NCBI RefSeq assembly: GCF_000341895.1
Contig: NC_020409.1
Coordinates: 1,950,001-1,982,000 of the forward strand
Origin: Pseudodesulfovibrio piezophilus C1TLV30
GTDB lineage: Bacteria; Desulfobacterota; Desulfovibrionia; Desulfovibrionales; Desulfovibrionaceae
Direction of reading: 5' to 3'
DNA: 32,000 nucleotides
Numbering within the stretch: position 1 is the first letter of the stretch; the number at the start of each line of letters is the position of its first letter. Position numbers and translations under genes: made by a program. Shown here in pieces: positions 8,335-17,578 of this stretch. The notes under the pieces were generated by a model. That model saw only the letters and a list, made by a program, of their open reading frames with translations, ran no database searches and had not been told where the DNA came from.

Positions 8335-9198
8335 ATGTTTCAGCATATGCATACAACTGACGACGCCGTGTTTTCCATGCAGCATACTGCCTATGAAACA
8401 GAGCACTCTCTCTTCCCCGCGACTTCACCCGGCGGTACGACCTTTCGGACACAACGGCTCGGCACGTACCTCATTTCCGATCTCTTCCGTGGCGATTATA
8501 TGGCTCCCACCACTTTCACTCACAATAAACGACTGATTTCCCTGGTCAGGGGCAAGGAAATTTTCTTCACGGGCGAAACCTTTGACCAATGGGATCTTGA
8601 TGTTCTGCTCCACTGTGTGAATAATGCTCCGGCCAACACCCGGCAAGCGTGTCAGATACAATTTTCCCCGGCTGACCTGCTCCATTCACTGCACCTGCGC
8701 AACAATGAGCACAATCGCGACCAGGTTTTTGCCAGCCTACAACGCCTGCATACCGGCGTCATTGATATTTCCGGCAGTGAATATCGGTACATGACACGAC
8801 TGATCAACCGCGTCCTGGTTGATCGCCAACAGAACATGTGTCTCGTTGAAATCAATGGAGATGTTGTCACGACATTCCGCTCAGGAGGCACTCCCATGAA
8901 ACTGGAGGACCGACGTTTCCTCGGACGTAACGGGCTGGGCAAATGGCTCCTGGGCGCGACCAAGGTCTTCGAGGGGGGATTCACTGCTGAAATGCTGAGT
9001 CTGCAAGCACTGTGTGGCACCCCGACAAAACAGAAACACTGCTTTGCAAACCGCCTGACAAAGGCACTTGATCTGCTGGCGGAAAACGGGCGTGTTGAGA
9101 GCTGGAATATGGATGGAGACAGGGTTCAGGTCACAACCCATCCACTGCAAATTCGAAATACGGCCTGCGGCATATTTTGTTCAGGCGTCTGCGCTTAG
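8335..9198 (+). CDS. Hypothetical protein resembling the TrfA-family plasmid replication initiator (winged-helix)
   Basis: Start chosen at ATG 8335 with RBS GGAGGGG at 8326-8332. The track ORF starts at TTG 8224, overlapping the aor stop. The layout GETFDQWDLDVLLHCV ... FSPADLLHSLHL ... VFASLQRLHTGVIDIS ... LGKWLLG ... FANRLTKALDLLAENGRVESW matches my recollection of TrfA-like proteins. This was not verified by search. Confidence 0.4.
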   Translation: MFQHMHTTDDAVFSMQHTAYETEHSLFPATSPGGTTFRTQRLGTYLISDLFRGDYMAPTTFTHNKRLISLVRGKEIFFTGETFDQWDLDVLLHCVNNAPANTRQACQIQFSPADLLHSLHLRNNEHNRDQVFASLQRLHTGVIDISGSEYRYMTRLINRVLVDRQQNMCLVEINGDVVTTFRSGGTPMKLEDRRFLGRNGLGKWLLGATKVFEGGFTAEMLSLQALCGTPTKQKHCFANRLTKALDLLAENGRVESWNMDGDRVQVTTHPLQIRNTACGIFCSGVCA

Positions 9199-9207
9199 AA
9201 GGATACC

Positions 9208-10794
9208 ATGCATACTGATCGGACCATCACCCAGGCTCTCGTCATCGGCTCCGGCATAGCCGGTGCCACCTGCGCCCTTTCCATCGCTGCCCAAGGTCAT
9301 GAAGTCACGCTGATCAGCGCCGGGGAAGAACTCGGCGATGGCAATACCGCCTCGGCGCAAGGGGGAATCGTGACCCGAGGCGACGAAGATACCCCGGCTT
9401 TACTCTCCAAGGATATCAGAAAAGCGGGCTGGAATCACAATCACACGCCTGCCGTCAATCATCTGGCAAGAAACGGGCCGGATGCAGTACGTGAAGTCCT
9501 CATTGACAAATTGGGCGTCCCTTTTGCCACCAAAGAAGACGGTTCAGGTTTTGACATGACTCGTGAGGGCGGCCATTCCGTCAGCCGAGTCCTCTACTGC
9601 GGCGACTACACAGGCAAGGCGATCATGGACAGTCTCAGGGCCGCAGTTATTGCCGACCCGAACATCAAGATCGCCACAGGCAGAACTGCCGTGGATTTGA
9701 TCACCAGCCATCATCATACCTGCAAGCTTTCTTTCCAGTACAGCAGAATCAACAAATGTCTCGGTGCCTATGTCTACAATAACGACACCAGAAATGTTGA
9801 AACCATACTGGCCGACCATACAGTCCTGGCGACAGGCGGTCTCGGGCGCATTTTCCTGCACTCAACCAATACAGAATCTTCCGTGGGGAGTGCCCTGTCC
9901 ATGACACACAGGGCCGGAGCCAAGATCATGAACGCCGAGTTCATGCAGTTTCATCCCACCACACTCTACCATCGGTCCAAGCGCCGCTTCCTCATCACCG
10001 AAGCCATGCGCGGCGAAGGTGCCCATCTGGTGGACAGCAAGGGCAAACGATTCATGGAGCGCTATGACACCCGCAAGGAACTTGCCCCGCGCGACATTGT
10101 CTCCCGAGCCATTGTGGACACGCTCCACCGCAGTGGAGAGGAATGCGTCTTTCTGGATTGTACTCCCGTACAACATAATCTGGCTGAGCGTTTCCCCACC
10201 ATCTATGCCCACTGCCTGGACATTGGCATCGATATCCAGCGCGACCCCATTCCTGTGGTTCCGGCCGCACACTACCATTGCGGCGGGGTGTATTCGGACA
10301 TCAACGGACGAACCAGTCTGGAACGGCTGTTCGCCATCGGCGAATGCAGTTGCACCGGTGTTCACGGGGCCAATCGACTTGCGAGTACCTCCCTGCTCGA
10401 AGGCGTCTTGTGGGGACGCAACGCAGGCAACTTCATCGGTCGACAACTCACCAGAAATCCCTCAATCAACAAACGCCTTCTGGAATCCATTCCGGATTGG
10501 GAATACCCCGGCCTGGTGCACAACGAAGACCCGGCCCTCATAGCCCAGGACTGGATGAACATCCGCTCGACCATGTGGAATTATGCGGGCATCAACCGCA
10601 CAGAGCAACGATTGGCCAGAGCATGTGAAGACCTGCGAGGCCTGATCCGTGACCTGACACAATTTTACAAGAAAACACCACTTTCGAAATCACTCATCGA
10701 CCTTTACCATGGGTGCTACGCAGCGTATATTGTGGCAATGTCCGCCCAATGCAACAAGCAAAGTATCGGCTGCCACGCCTTGCAAAATGATTGA
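9208..10794 (+). CDS. nadB: L-aspartate oxidase
   Basis: 528 aa. FAD fold ALVIGSGIAGATCAL and motifs AQGGI, HYHCGGV and GANRLASTSLLEG are typical of the NadB/succinate dehydrogenase flavoprotein family. The size fits NadB. Confidence 0.85.
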   Translation: MHTDRTITQALVIGSGIAGATCALSIAAQGHEVTLISAGEELGDGNTASAQGGIVTRGDEDTPALLSKDIRKAGWNHNHTPAVNHLARNGPDAVREVLIDKLGVPFATKEDGSGFDMTREGGHSVSRVLYCGDYTGKAIMDSLRAAVIADPNIKIATGRTAVDLITSHHHTCKLSFQYSRINKCLGAYVYNNDTRNVETILADHTVLATGGLGRIFLHSTNTESSVGSALSMTHRAGAKIMNAEFMQFHPTTLYHRSKRRFLITEAMRGEGAHLVDSKGKRFMERYDTRKELAPRDIVSRAIVDTLHRSGEECVFLDCTPVQHNLAERFPTIYAHCLDIGIDIQRDPIPVVPAAHYHCGGVYSDINGRTSLERLFAIGECSCTGVHGANRLASTSLLEGVLWGRNAGNFIGRQLTRNPSINKRLLESIPDWEYPGLVHNEDPALIAQDWMNIRSTMWNYAGINRTEQRLARACEDLRGLIRDLTQFYKKTPLSKSLIDLYHGCYAAYIVAMSAQCNKQSIGCHALQND

Positions 10795-10810
10795 TGTCCT
10801 GGAGGAAATC

Positions 10811-11083
10811 ATGAACCGGAAAATCACGCTCTACGCACTCAGCACATGCACTCACTGCCACAACGTCGGCACACTCCTGGAAGAATTGCTCGGGCCAAAG
10901 GGGTTTACACATATTTATGTGGATCGTCTCTCTGGCGACGAACGCAATATCACCATGCGTGCCCTCCGTACCAAAAACCCGGAAATGTCCTTCCCCACCA
11001 CAGTCATCGGGGATAAAGTGATCACTGGTGAAAAATTGGATGTCATCAGGAAACTGGTCGAAGAGGCATCCCCTCAAAAATAA
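10811..11083 (+). CDS. Small glutaredoxin-like thioredoxin-fold protein (CxxC = CTHC)
   Basis: Start at ATG 10811 (MNRKITLYALSTCTHCH), preceded by GGAGGA at 10801-10806. It is 90 aa with a beta-alpha-beta start and an active-site CTHC. The longer ORF from 10709 overlaps the nadB 3' end. Confidence 0.65.
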   Translation: MNRKITLYALSTCTHCHNVGTLLEELLGPKGFTHIYVDRLSGDERNITMRALRTKNPEMSFPTTVIGDKVITGEKLDVIRKLVEEASPQK

Positions 11084-11084
11084 C

Positions 11085-11690
11085 TCAGTTCAATGCCTCT
11101 TCAACCTGATCCGGGGCAATGGACTCAGCCAAAACCTGCAAGCCCGAATCTGCTCGAGCCAGTACACAGCACCAGCCATGCCGTGGAGTAAAGTGAAAAA
11201 GATCGTCCAAAGGATGCCCTGTCAGACGACACAGGAGAGAACGAATCACGCCAGCATGGGTCGCAGCCAGAATCGGAAGAGTTGACTCCGGCAAAGATTC
11301 CAGGACCGAAAGAGCACGGGCAGCCACATCTGCGAAAGACTCTCCTCCGGGTGGACGAAACGAAGCGAACCGGCGTCCACGCTGCTCATACGCCTCGGCA
11401 TCCGTCTGCTTGAGAACCGCAAAGGATTGTCCCTCCCACAGCCCCATATCGATCTCATCAAGCCCTGGCAGGGTTTCCACATCGAGCCCAAGATGAAGGG
11501 CCAGGGGAGCGACCGTTTCCATGGCACGGACGGCCGGGCTTGAGACAATCCTGCCAAACCGCACCGCGCCGAGAGTGGAAATCAGACCGTGTGCTTGAAC
11601 AACGCCAGCCGGGGACAGAGGGAGCGGCGTTTGTCCAATGCATCGCCCTGTTCCGCCGGAAGTCCGGGCATGCCGAACAAGGACGATCAT
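11085..11690 (-). CDS. Histidine phosphatase family protein (phosphoglycerate mutase / CobC-like); last gene of the mop-linked operon
   Basis: 201 aa. N-terminal MIVLVRHARTS (an RHG-type motif, here RHA) and a distal ATHAGVIR histidine. The start overlaps the upstream stop as ATGA (11687-11690). Confidence 0.7.
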   Translation of the reverse strand: MIVLVRHARTSGGTGRCIGQTPLPLSPAGVVQAHGLISTLGAVRFGRIVSSPAVRAMETVAPLALHLGLDVETLPGLDEIDMGLWEGQSFAVLKQTDAEAYEQRGRRFASFRPPGGESFADVAARALSVLESLPESTLPILAATHAGVIRSLLCRLTGHPLDDLFHFTPRHGWCCVLARADSGLQVLAESIAPDQVEEALN

Positions 11691-12814
11691 CCGCCCCCCT
11701 CGAAAGCCAGGGTTTCCACGTCCACGCCTATCACACGCTCGAGGCGCGCCCGCACGGCATTGGCCCGTTCCTGTCTGGCCCGAATGGCTTTCCTGGCTTC
11801 TGGACGATCGCCAAAGAGCATCAGCTTGGCCTCATACCTGGCATTAAGCCGAACCGGAGAGCTTCCCTGCACCAATTTATCGGCAAGAAAGACGATCTCC
11901 TTTTCAGTCATGTTGTCCCGTTCCCCAAGAGAGAGATCCGAATGTTCCCGGACAATTTGGGCCGCATCGGTAAAACCGTGTTCGAGTAACCGCCATGCAC
12001 CCACCGCGTCATGATGCTTTCGACCCTTGCCAATGTCATGAACCATGGCAGCCCCGGTTGCCAACGCCGGATTCAAAAGCGCATGGGGCGTACATGTTTC
12101 ATTAAATCTGAGACAAAGAATTTTGGCCACACGGGCAACGGCTGCACAGTGCTCTCGAATATCCTGTGAAACTCCATAGACATCCCACAGTTGTTCCCAC
12201 TCCTCAGCGAAGGGGTATTCCTGCCCCACGCGCTTCATGGCAAATTCATAGTCAGCCGGATGATCGAGGTCCCTGAGTGATCCGGCGTCAGTCACCACGA
12301 GATCGTGCGCCCCGGACTCAAAGGTATCCAGCAAGGCCCGCAAGCCGCCCTGCCCATCATGCGTGAGAATGTGAGGGATAAGGCTGGAGGAAATAAGTGG
12401 GGGATGGCCCCGTTGCCCCTGAAACCGTGGGTAGAAAACAGAGGCATCGCTTTCGGAGAAAGCCTGGATAAGCCGGGTAACGGTTTCAACCCGAACAAGG
12501 GGGATATCCACCGGAAGCAGGAAGAATCCGGATATGGTTGGATCGAGGGCACGGATTCCGGTCAGAACTGATGAAAACATGCCCTGTTCATAGTCGGCAT
12601 TGTGAACTGCCACGGCTCCGGCCCGACGGGCGGCGGACGCCACCTCTTCCGCTCTTTTTCCTGTCACAACTATAATTCGAGCCACCCCATTCTGCCGAAA
12701 AACTTCAATACAGCGGGACAGCACTGTTCCCGAGCCAAGGGGGAGCAACGGCTTGAACGATCCCATGCGCGAGGAAAGCCCTGCTGATGGGATCACAGCC
12801 GCCAACCTGGTCAT
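11687..12814 (-). CDS. MobA/MocA-like NTP transferase fused to an HD phosphohydrolase domain
   Basis: Start at ATG 12814 (MTRLAAVIPSAGLSSRMGSFKPLLPLG, the nucleotidyltransferase signature). It overlaps the xdhC stop as ATGA (12811-12814). The C-terminal half carries VHDIGKGRKHHD (HD domain). Confidence 0.75.
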   Translation of the reverse strand: MTRLAAVIPSAGLSSRMGSFKPLLPLGSGTVLSRCIEVFRQNGVARIIVVTGKRAEEVASAARRAGAVAVHNADYEQGMFSSVLTGIRALDPTISGFFLLPVDIPLVRVETVTRLIQAFSESDASVFYPRFQGQRGHPPLISSSLIPHILTHDGQGGLRALLDTFESGAHDLVVTDAGSLRDLDHPADYEFAMKRVGQEYPFAEEWEQLWDVYGVSQDIREHCAAVARVAKILCLRFNETCTPHALLNPALATGAAMVHDIGKGRKHHDAVGAWRLLEHGFTDAAQIVREHSDLSLGERDNMTEKEIVFLADKLVQGSSPVRLNARYEAKLMLFGDRPEARKAIRARQERANAVRARLERVIGVDVETLAFEGGG

Positions 12815-13800
12815 GTTCCCTCCCCGGAACGAACCTGAATCAGCTCGGCACAAATACTGACAGCAATCTCTTCCGGAGTCTGCGCGCCAATGGGCAGTCC
12901 GATGGGACAGGAGCATCGATCAATGTCCTTCTGTGAAAAACCTTCCTCAAGAAGAACGGCATAAATGGAGTCGCGCTTTCTGCGACTGCCGATCATTCCG
13001 ATATAACCGGCGACAGTTCCCAGCGCTTCCGCCAGAACAGTTTTGTCATGCAGATGGCCACGAGTCACAATGATCACGAATGAATCCTTGCGCACATCCA
13101 ACGCTTCGCAACACCCTTTGAAGGAGGAGAGCACCACGACTTCATCAGCTTCGGGAAACCGTTCCGCATTGGCAAAATCAGCCCGATCATCCAGAACCAC
13201 CGTTCGAAAACCAATCATGGCCGCGACCCGAGCCGTGAATTGAGACACATGCCCGGCCCCGAATATATAAAGCGAGGGAGCAGGAATAAACGGTTCAACA
13301 AGTTTCAATTCCGTCTCGGTTTTTTCAAAAGTCGGGGTCTCTCCCTGCATGAATTCAATTCGAATTTCATGACTCACGGCGCGTAGCTGATCACTCTTTT
13401 CAAATCGGGTACACAACGCGGCACGGGTGCCCTTACGCAGCAAGCCATCGAGATCAACATAAGCGGCAGCGCATGGCCCGTCCGGTTCCACGACCTCCAT
13501 GAGCACGGTCAGACCTCCCCCGCAGATCATGTCCGACTCGGCAGCCAGCTCCTGTGTCATGTCCACGTAGGATACCTGCGCAGTTCCGTCCCCGCTTTCC
13601 ATCAGCTTCAGGCTGTCCCGGCAAGCGTGGGCTTCAGCCAATCCTCCTCCCACAGTGCCAAAGATGGAACCATCGCCTCGAACCACCATTTTGGCCCCGG
13701 AAGACCGGGGAGTGGAACCGGAGCTTTCCACCACGGAAACCATAACAAAGGTCTCTTTCGCTTCCACAAGATCACATACCGAACGGACAAATTTCTTCAT
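12811..13800 (-). CDS. xdhC: XdhC/CoxI-family molybdenum-cofactor insertion chaperone
   Basis: 329 aa. N-terminal VMVSVVESSGSTPRSSGAKMVV...GTVGGG and a C-terminal Rossmann-like LYIFGAGHV are typical of XdhC. RBS GGGGAG upstream. Confidence 0.75.
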   Translation of the reverse strand: MKKFVRSVCDLVEAKETFVMVSVVESSGSTPRSSGAKMVVRGDGSIFGTVGGGLAEAHACRDSLKLMESGDGTAQVSYVDMTQELAAESDMICGGGLTVLMEVVEPDGPCAAAYVDLDGLLRKGTRAALCTRFEKSDQLRAVSHEIRIEFMQGETPTFEKTETELKLVEPFIPAPSLYIFGAGHVSQFTARVAAMIGFRTVVLDDRADFANAERFPEADEVVVLSSFKGCCEALDVRKDSFVIIVTRGHLHDKTVLAEALGTVAGYIGMIGSRRKRDSIYAVLLEEGFSQKDIDRCSCPIGLPIGAQTPEEIAVSICAELIQVRSGEGT

Positions 13801-13803
13801 GAG

Positions 13804-15114
13804 TCAACTCCCCAAATGCAATTCAATGCGGCGTTTGCCAAGCCCCTGGACCGCAGGAACTCCACCATTTTCGATCTGTATCTCTATCTTGAACATTCCC
13901 TGCGTCACTCCACGCTGCAAAGGCTCCACAGTCTCAAGAGCTGCTCTGACCCGCCGGGACACACCTTCTCCCCAGCTACTTACCGTCACTCGGATCTCGC
14001 CCGGCAGAACTGCCACGCAGAAATCATCCAGCCCGTCCACAGCGTACAAAACCTCATTCAACTCCTGAAGACCAATCACGCCTGTGCCGATATCCACACC
14101 TTCATCTCGCCGAAAAACTCGTGGGTCCAGTCGTCGAGCAGGGCTGCCACAGGCGCATTGCCCGGATACAATCCGCCCAGAATCCCCTGTCCGGTACCGT
14201 ATCAATGGCATCCCGCGCCGCAAGGGAGTGCTGACCACTATCTCTCCGAATTCTCCGTCCGGGAGCAATTCTCCTGTTTCCGGGCACACTATTTCCACAT
14301 ACACATCAGCCTCCCGCACATGCAGGCCAGAGCCAGGGCTGCACTCCACGGCTCCACCGAGACCCGTCTCAATCATGCCCCAATGCCGGAAAACCTTGCA
14401 GCCAAAAGCCTTTTCCACATTCTGTACCACAATTCCGGGGGCCATGTCCCAACACAAAAGCACGGAACGAATTTGATCCTTGGGCAAACACTCCCGCTCC
14501 CAGGCGCGGGCCACCATGTTGAGATGGGCGGATGGCCCGACAATGCACCGAACCTGCTCACGCAAACACCGGGCAATGACGTCACCCGTTCTATCAAAAA
14601 TACCATATGGAACAGGCCTGGCACCAGCCCGCGTCAGAGCGTCCACAAGCAGCCGTCCCACTCCATCCGGCCGATCGCCAGGCATGAGCACGAGCACGCC
14701 TTCATCAATTCCTACCAAGTTTGCCATACCCCATCGAAAATAGTCGACGGTCGCCTCCAGATCGGCATGCGTATGAAAAACCCGCTTGGGTGGGCCAGTG
14801 GTCCCGGAGCTGTGTAAGGTGACAACACGAGCCACTGCATCACGGGACAGACACAGCAATTGTTCCGGGTCCCGACGCAGGTCATCCGCCGTCATGGTCG
14901 GCAGAGAAGAAAAGTCATCCAATGAGGCAATCTTCTCAGGAAACACCGTCTCAAAGTGTCGGGCATAAAACGGACTGTTTTTCGAAGCATGTTCGACAAT
15001 CCTGCGCAACTGATCAAGCTGCCAACTGCGCAGAAACTCCCGAGTCGGAGGGTGGTCCGTCCCGAGCCAGCCCAGACGCAGGGCGAGACATTGATCAAGA
15101 TTGGACAGGCCCAT
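13804..15114 (-). CDS. PaaK / coenzyme F390 synthetase-like adenylate-forming enzyme (AMP-dependent ligase)
   Basis: Contains the SSGTTGPPKRV AMP-binding motif. The N-terminus LRSWQLDQLRRIVEHASKNSPFYARHF is typical of phenylacetate-CoA-ligase-like proteins. ATG 15114 with RBS GGGGGA is preferred over the GTG at 15141. Confidence 0.7.
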   Translation of the reverse strand: MGLSNLDQCLALRLGWLGTDHPPTREFLRSWQLDQLRRIVEHASKNSPFYARHFETVFPEKIASLDDFSSLPTMTADDLRRDPEQLLCLSRDAVARVVTLHSSGTTGPPKRVFHTHADLEATVDYFRWGMANLVGIDEGVLVLMPGDRPDGVGRLLVDALTRAGARPVPYGIFDRTGDVIARCLREQVRCIVGPSAHLNMVARAWERECLPKDQIRSVLLCWDMAPGIVVQNVEKAFGCKVFRHWGMIETGLGGAVECSPGSGLHVREADVYVEIVCPETGELLPDGEFGEIVVSTPLRRGMPLIRYRTGDSGRIVSGQCACGSPARRLDPRVFRRDEGVDIGTGVIGLQELNEVLYAVDGLDDFCVAVLPGEIRVTVSSWGEGVSRRVRAALETVEPLQRGVTQGMFKIEIQIENGGVPAVQGLGKRRIELHLGS

Positions 15115-16456
15115 GACATTTCCCCCGATACAGGCTTTCACCGTCCATGGATGTCAGGTTGTAGGCGCAGAAGGGAATCAATCTCCCGTCCGGCGAAACC
15201 ACATGAATACAACACCCCTTGAGACGTTCCAGATCAAGTGTCCAGGCATCCTGAAAAGCCATGGCTGAAATAGCCAGCGTATGCGTGGCGGCCCGTTCGA
15301 TGAAGACATCCAGTTCATCAGGGACATCGGTTGTCATGGCATGGGCCATGGGCAGGGACGTTCCCGGTGCTGCCCACTGTCGCTTGACAAAAGCCTTGGC
15401 CTTGTCAGCCCCCTCTTCCGCCGGTCGCGGCGCACACCCGCACTGCCCCTTGGCAGAAAGTCGTTTGAGGGCACGGGATTCCGTCACCACATAGTTGGCA
15501 TGAAAAGAACAATGGGAATGCTCGCACCCCGGCGGCTGAAAATCAATGGCTCGAATACTTCCTCCGGTCTGCTCTTCAAGGGAACGCATCAACTCAGGCA
15601 GCGTGATTCGCTGTGCATCATCCGGTGCATCGGGATACCGGCCAAAATAGCTCACCGGCTGAAAATGGACACCCCGTACTCCGGGGGAATGCAGGGAAGC
15701 TAACCGTACTATTGCACCCAGGTCATGCTCATTGACTCCCGGCACCACAGTAGGGACCAGGACAACACCCACCCCGACCTCAGTCAAAGCTTCCATAGCC
15801 GCGATTTTGTCCGCAAGAAGCGGTTTTCCTCGAAGTGACCCGTAAATATCATCGCTGGTCCCGTCAAATTGCAAAAAGACCGAGGACAAGCCTGCTTCAG
15901 CCAATGTGGCGGCATATCCCGGCTCCCGGGCAAGGCGCAGGCCATTGGTATTGAGTTGGACAAAGGGAAACCCTTTGCCACGCGCCAGACGAATCAAGGC
16001 TGGCAGATCATCTCGCACGGTCGGCTCTCCACCTGAGAGTTGAATATTGCACAGCCCGGAAATCCGAATGACCCTATCCAACAAAAAACCGATTTCTTCC
16101 ACTGCCGGATCGGTCTGTGCCTGCTTGCCCGAGGACGCAAAACAGACAGGACACCCGAGATCACACCGCCAGGTCACCTCAATCAAAGCTGTACAGGTAT
16201 GCTGCCGATGGGCACCACAAAGACCGCAGTCATTAGGGCACCCCTTCTCAACCTTGGTCAAAGGCTCCTTGGGCAGAGAGGGAATCTTGGCTCGTGACCA
16301 GCCATGAAAATCAGGCGTACCTCGCCAGACAACAGTCCTAAAAACACCGTGTTCCGGACATTCCTTGACCAAAAAAGTCTCACCATTCACGCTTTCGTGG
16401 GTCGCAATGACCGGAGCCAGGCAGACAGGGCAGACGCTGCGCGGAAGAGCACTCAT
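15095..16456 (-). CDS. Radical SAM enzyme with N-terminal zinc-ribbon and extra Cys-rich segment (COG1964-like architecture)
   Basis: 453 aa. Zinc-ribbon-like CPVC...CPEHG, then CPNDCGLCGAHRQHTC, then the radical SAM CX3CX2C motif (WRCDLGCPVCFA). The start overlaps the upstream stop as ATGA (16453-16456). Confidence 0.75.
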   Translation of the reverse strand: MSALPRSVCPVCLAPVIATHESVNGETFLVKECPEHGVFRTVVWRGTPDFHGWSRAKIPSLPKEPLTKVEKGCPNDCGLCGAHRQHTCTALIEVTWRCDLGCPVCFASSGKQAQTDPAVEEIGFLLDRVIRISGLCNIQLSGGEPTVRDDLPALIRLARGKGFPFVQLNTNGLRLAREPGYAATLAEAGLSSVFLQFDGTSDDIYGSLRGKPLLADKIAAMEALTEVGVGVVLVPTVVPGVNEHDLGAIVRLASLHSPGVRGVHFQPVSYFGRYPDAPDDAQRITLPELMRSLEEQTGGSIRAIDFQPPGCEHSHCSFHANYVVTESRALKRLSAKGQCGCAPRPAEEGADKAKAFVKRQWAAPGTSLPMAHAMTTDVPDELDVFIERAATHTLAISAMAFQDAWTLDLERLKGCCIHVVSPDGRLIPFCAYNLTSMDGESLYRGKCHGPVQS

Positions 16457-16908
16457 GGCATGTCCCGGCCCTCGGCCGGATCAAAATTATTTTCAGCCAC
16501 AATTTCGCGGACCTTCTCATGTGCGTCGGCAAGAAGTCCGCCACACAAAACAGGATCGGCCTGCCCACACCGGCCATCCAAGATATGACCGCATGTCGTC
16601 CCGCCATGTTCGGCAGTACGCTCCGCAAACCAATCTCGCAAAGACTCCAGCATGACAGGAAGCACTTCTTCGGCCTCTTCCAAATCCGTACCCTTGCCAC
16701 CGAACACCCCCAAGACCATGGCCGCACCAGTCAGCACACCACACGGACCGGAACAGTCTCCGAGCCCATTGCACAATCCAGCCGCTGCCCTGACCAGATC
16801 AGGATTTTCCCTGTCCATTTCATCCAGAGTCAGCAGAACCATGATCTGGCTGCAACAATACCCTTTGCCTGCCAATTCCATCATTCGCAATCCGGCGTCA
16901 CCCACCAT
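16453..16908 (-). CDS. C_GCAxxG_C_C family protein (putative redox-active Cys protein)
   Basis: 151 aa. Pattern GYCCSQIMVL ... SGPCGVLTGAAMVLG ... TTCGHILDGRCG ... LCGG matches the C / GCAxxG-like / C / C pattern of this family. It overlaps the methyltransferase 3' end by 11 nt; an alternative start is at 16884. Confidence 0.65.
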   Translation of the reverse strand: MVGDAGLRMMELAGKGYCCSQIMVLLTLDEMDRENPDLVRAAAGLCNGLGDCSGPCGVLTGAAMVLGVFGGKGTDLEEAEEVLPVMLESLRDWFAERTAEHGGTTCGHILDGRCGQADPVLCGGLLADAHEKVREIVAENNFDPAEGRDMP

Positions 16909-17578
16909 TTTCCAACCCTTTTTTCTGCGCGATCACAAGATGATACCCGACCCTGCGACTTTCACAAGTACACTGGTTACGAGGCTTTCCGTCAATGAAT
17001 ATCAGTTTGGCCGCCAACTCCTTGAGATGACGGGAATGGTCTTCCACCAGAAAGACCGAAAATCCCTGTGCCACAAGCATCTCCCGCGTGACCGAGAGCG
17101 GACCGGCCCGATCCGCACAAGAGGCACCACTTCCAACGCCCTCTCCGCCTTCTCCGTGAAGGTCAGACAGCACCAAAAAACCTCCGGGCCTGAGGACACG
17201 ATAAAATTCACGCAAACCAGCGCTCTTGTCGTCAAACAAAGAGAGAACACATTCACAAAAAAGCGCATGAAAGACCCCATCACCAAAGGGAAGTATAGCA
17301 CCGTCAGCCTGGACACACCTGCTTCCAGTCGAAGCACGCTGAATCTGCTGCAACGATGTTTCCACCCCAAAGGCTTGTGCTCCGTAACGGGAGCAAAGGC
17401 GTTTCATGGTCGCTCCCAGGCCGCTCCCGACATCAAGAACCCGCCAGCCAGGGACCACGCCAATCAATTCCGCCGCCCTGTCCGTCAAATTCAATCCACC
17501 AGGCCGCAGCGTCGTCCCTGCCGCCGCACGCAGTTCCGCACGCTCCCACAGAGGAATAGCAGCTTCAGGCGTGGTCAT
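16898..17578 (-). CDS. Class I SAM-dependent methyltransferase
   Basis: 226 aa. Motif I is VLDVGSGLGATMKRL, and an acidic post-I region and motif II/III-like segments are visible. The start overlaps the upstream stop as ATGA (17575-17578). Confidence 0.75.
   Translation of the reverse strand: MTTPEAAIPLWERAELRAAAGTTLRPGGLNLTDRAAELIGVVPGWRVLDVGSGLGATMKRLCSRYGAQAFGVETSLQQIQRASTGSRCVQADGAILPFGDGVFHALFCECVLSLFDDKSAGLREFYRVLRPGGFLVLSDLHGEGGEGVGSGASCADRAGPLSVTREMLVAQGFSVFLVEDHSRHLKELAAKLIFIDGKPRNQCTCESRRVGYHLVIAQKKGLENGG

Noticed and set aside
8228-9207. oriV-like iterons, par genes or mobile-element boundaries around the TrfA-like gene.
   Set aside because: Flanking gaps are only 107 nt and 9 nt. 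No direct-repeat arrays, DnaA-box clusters, inverted terminal repeats, integrase or transposase genes are visible, so I do not call a mobile element or replication origin.
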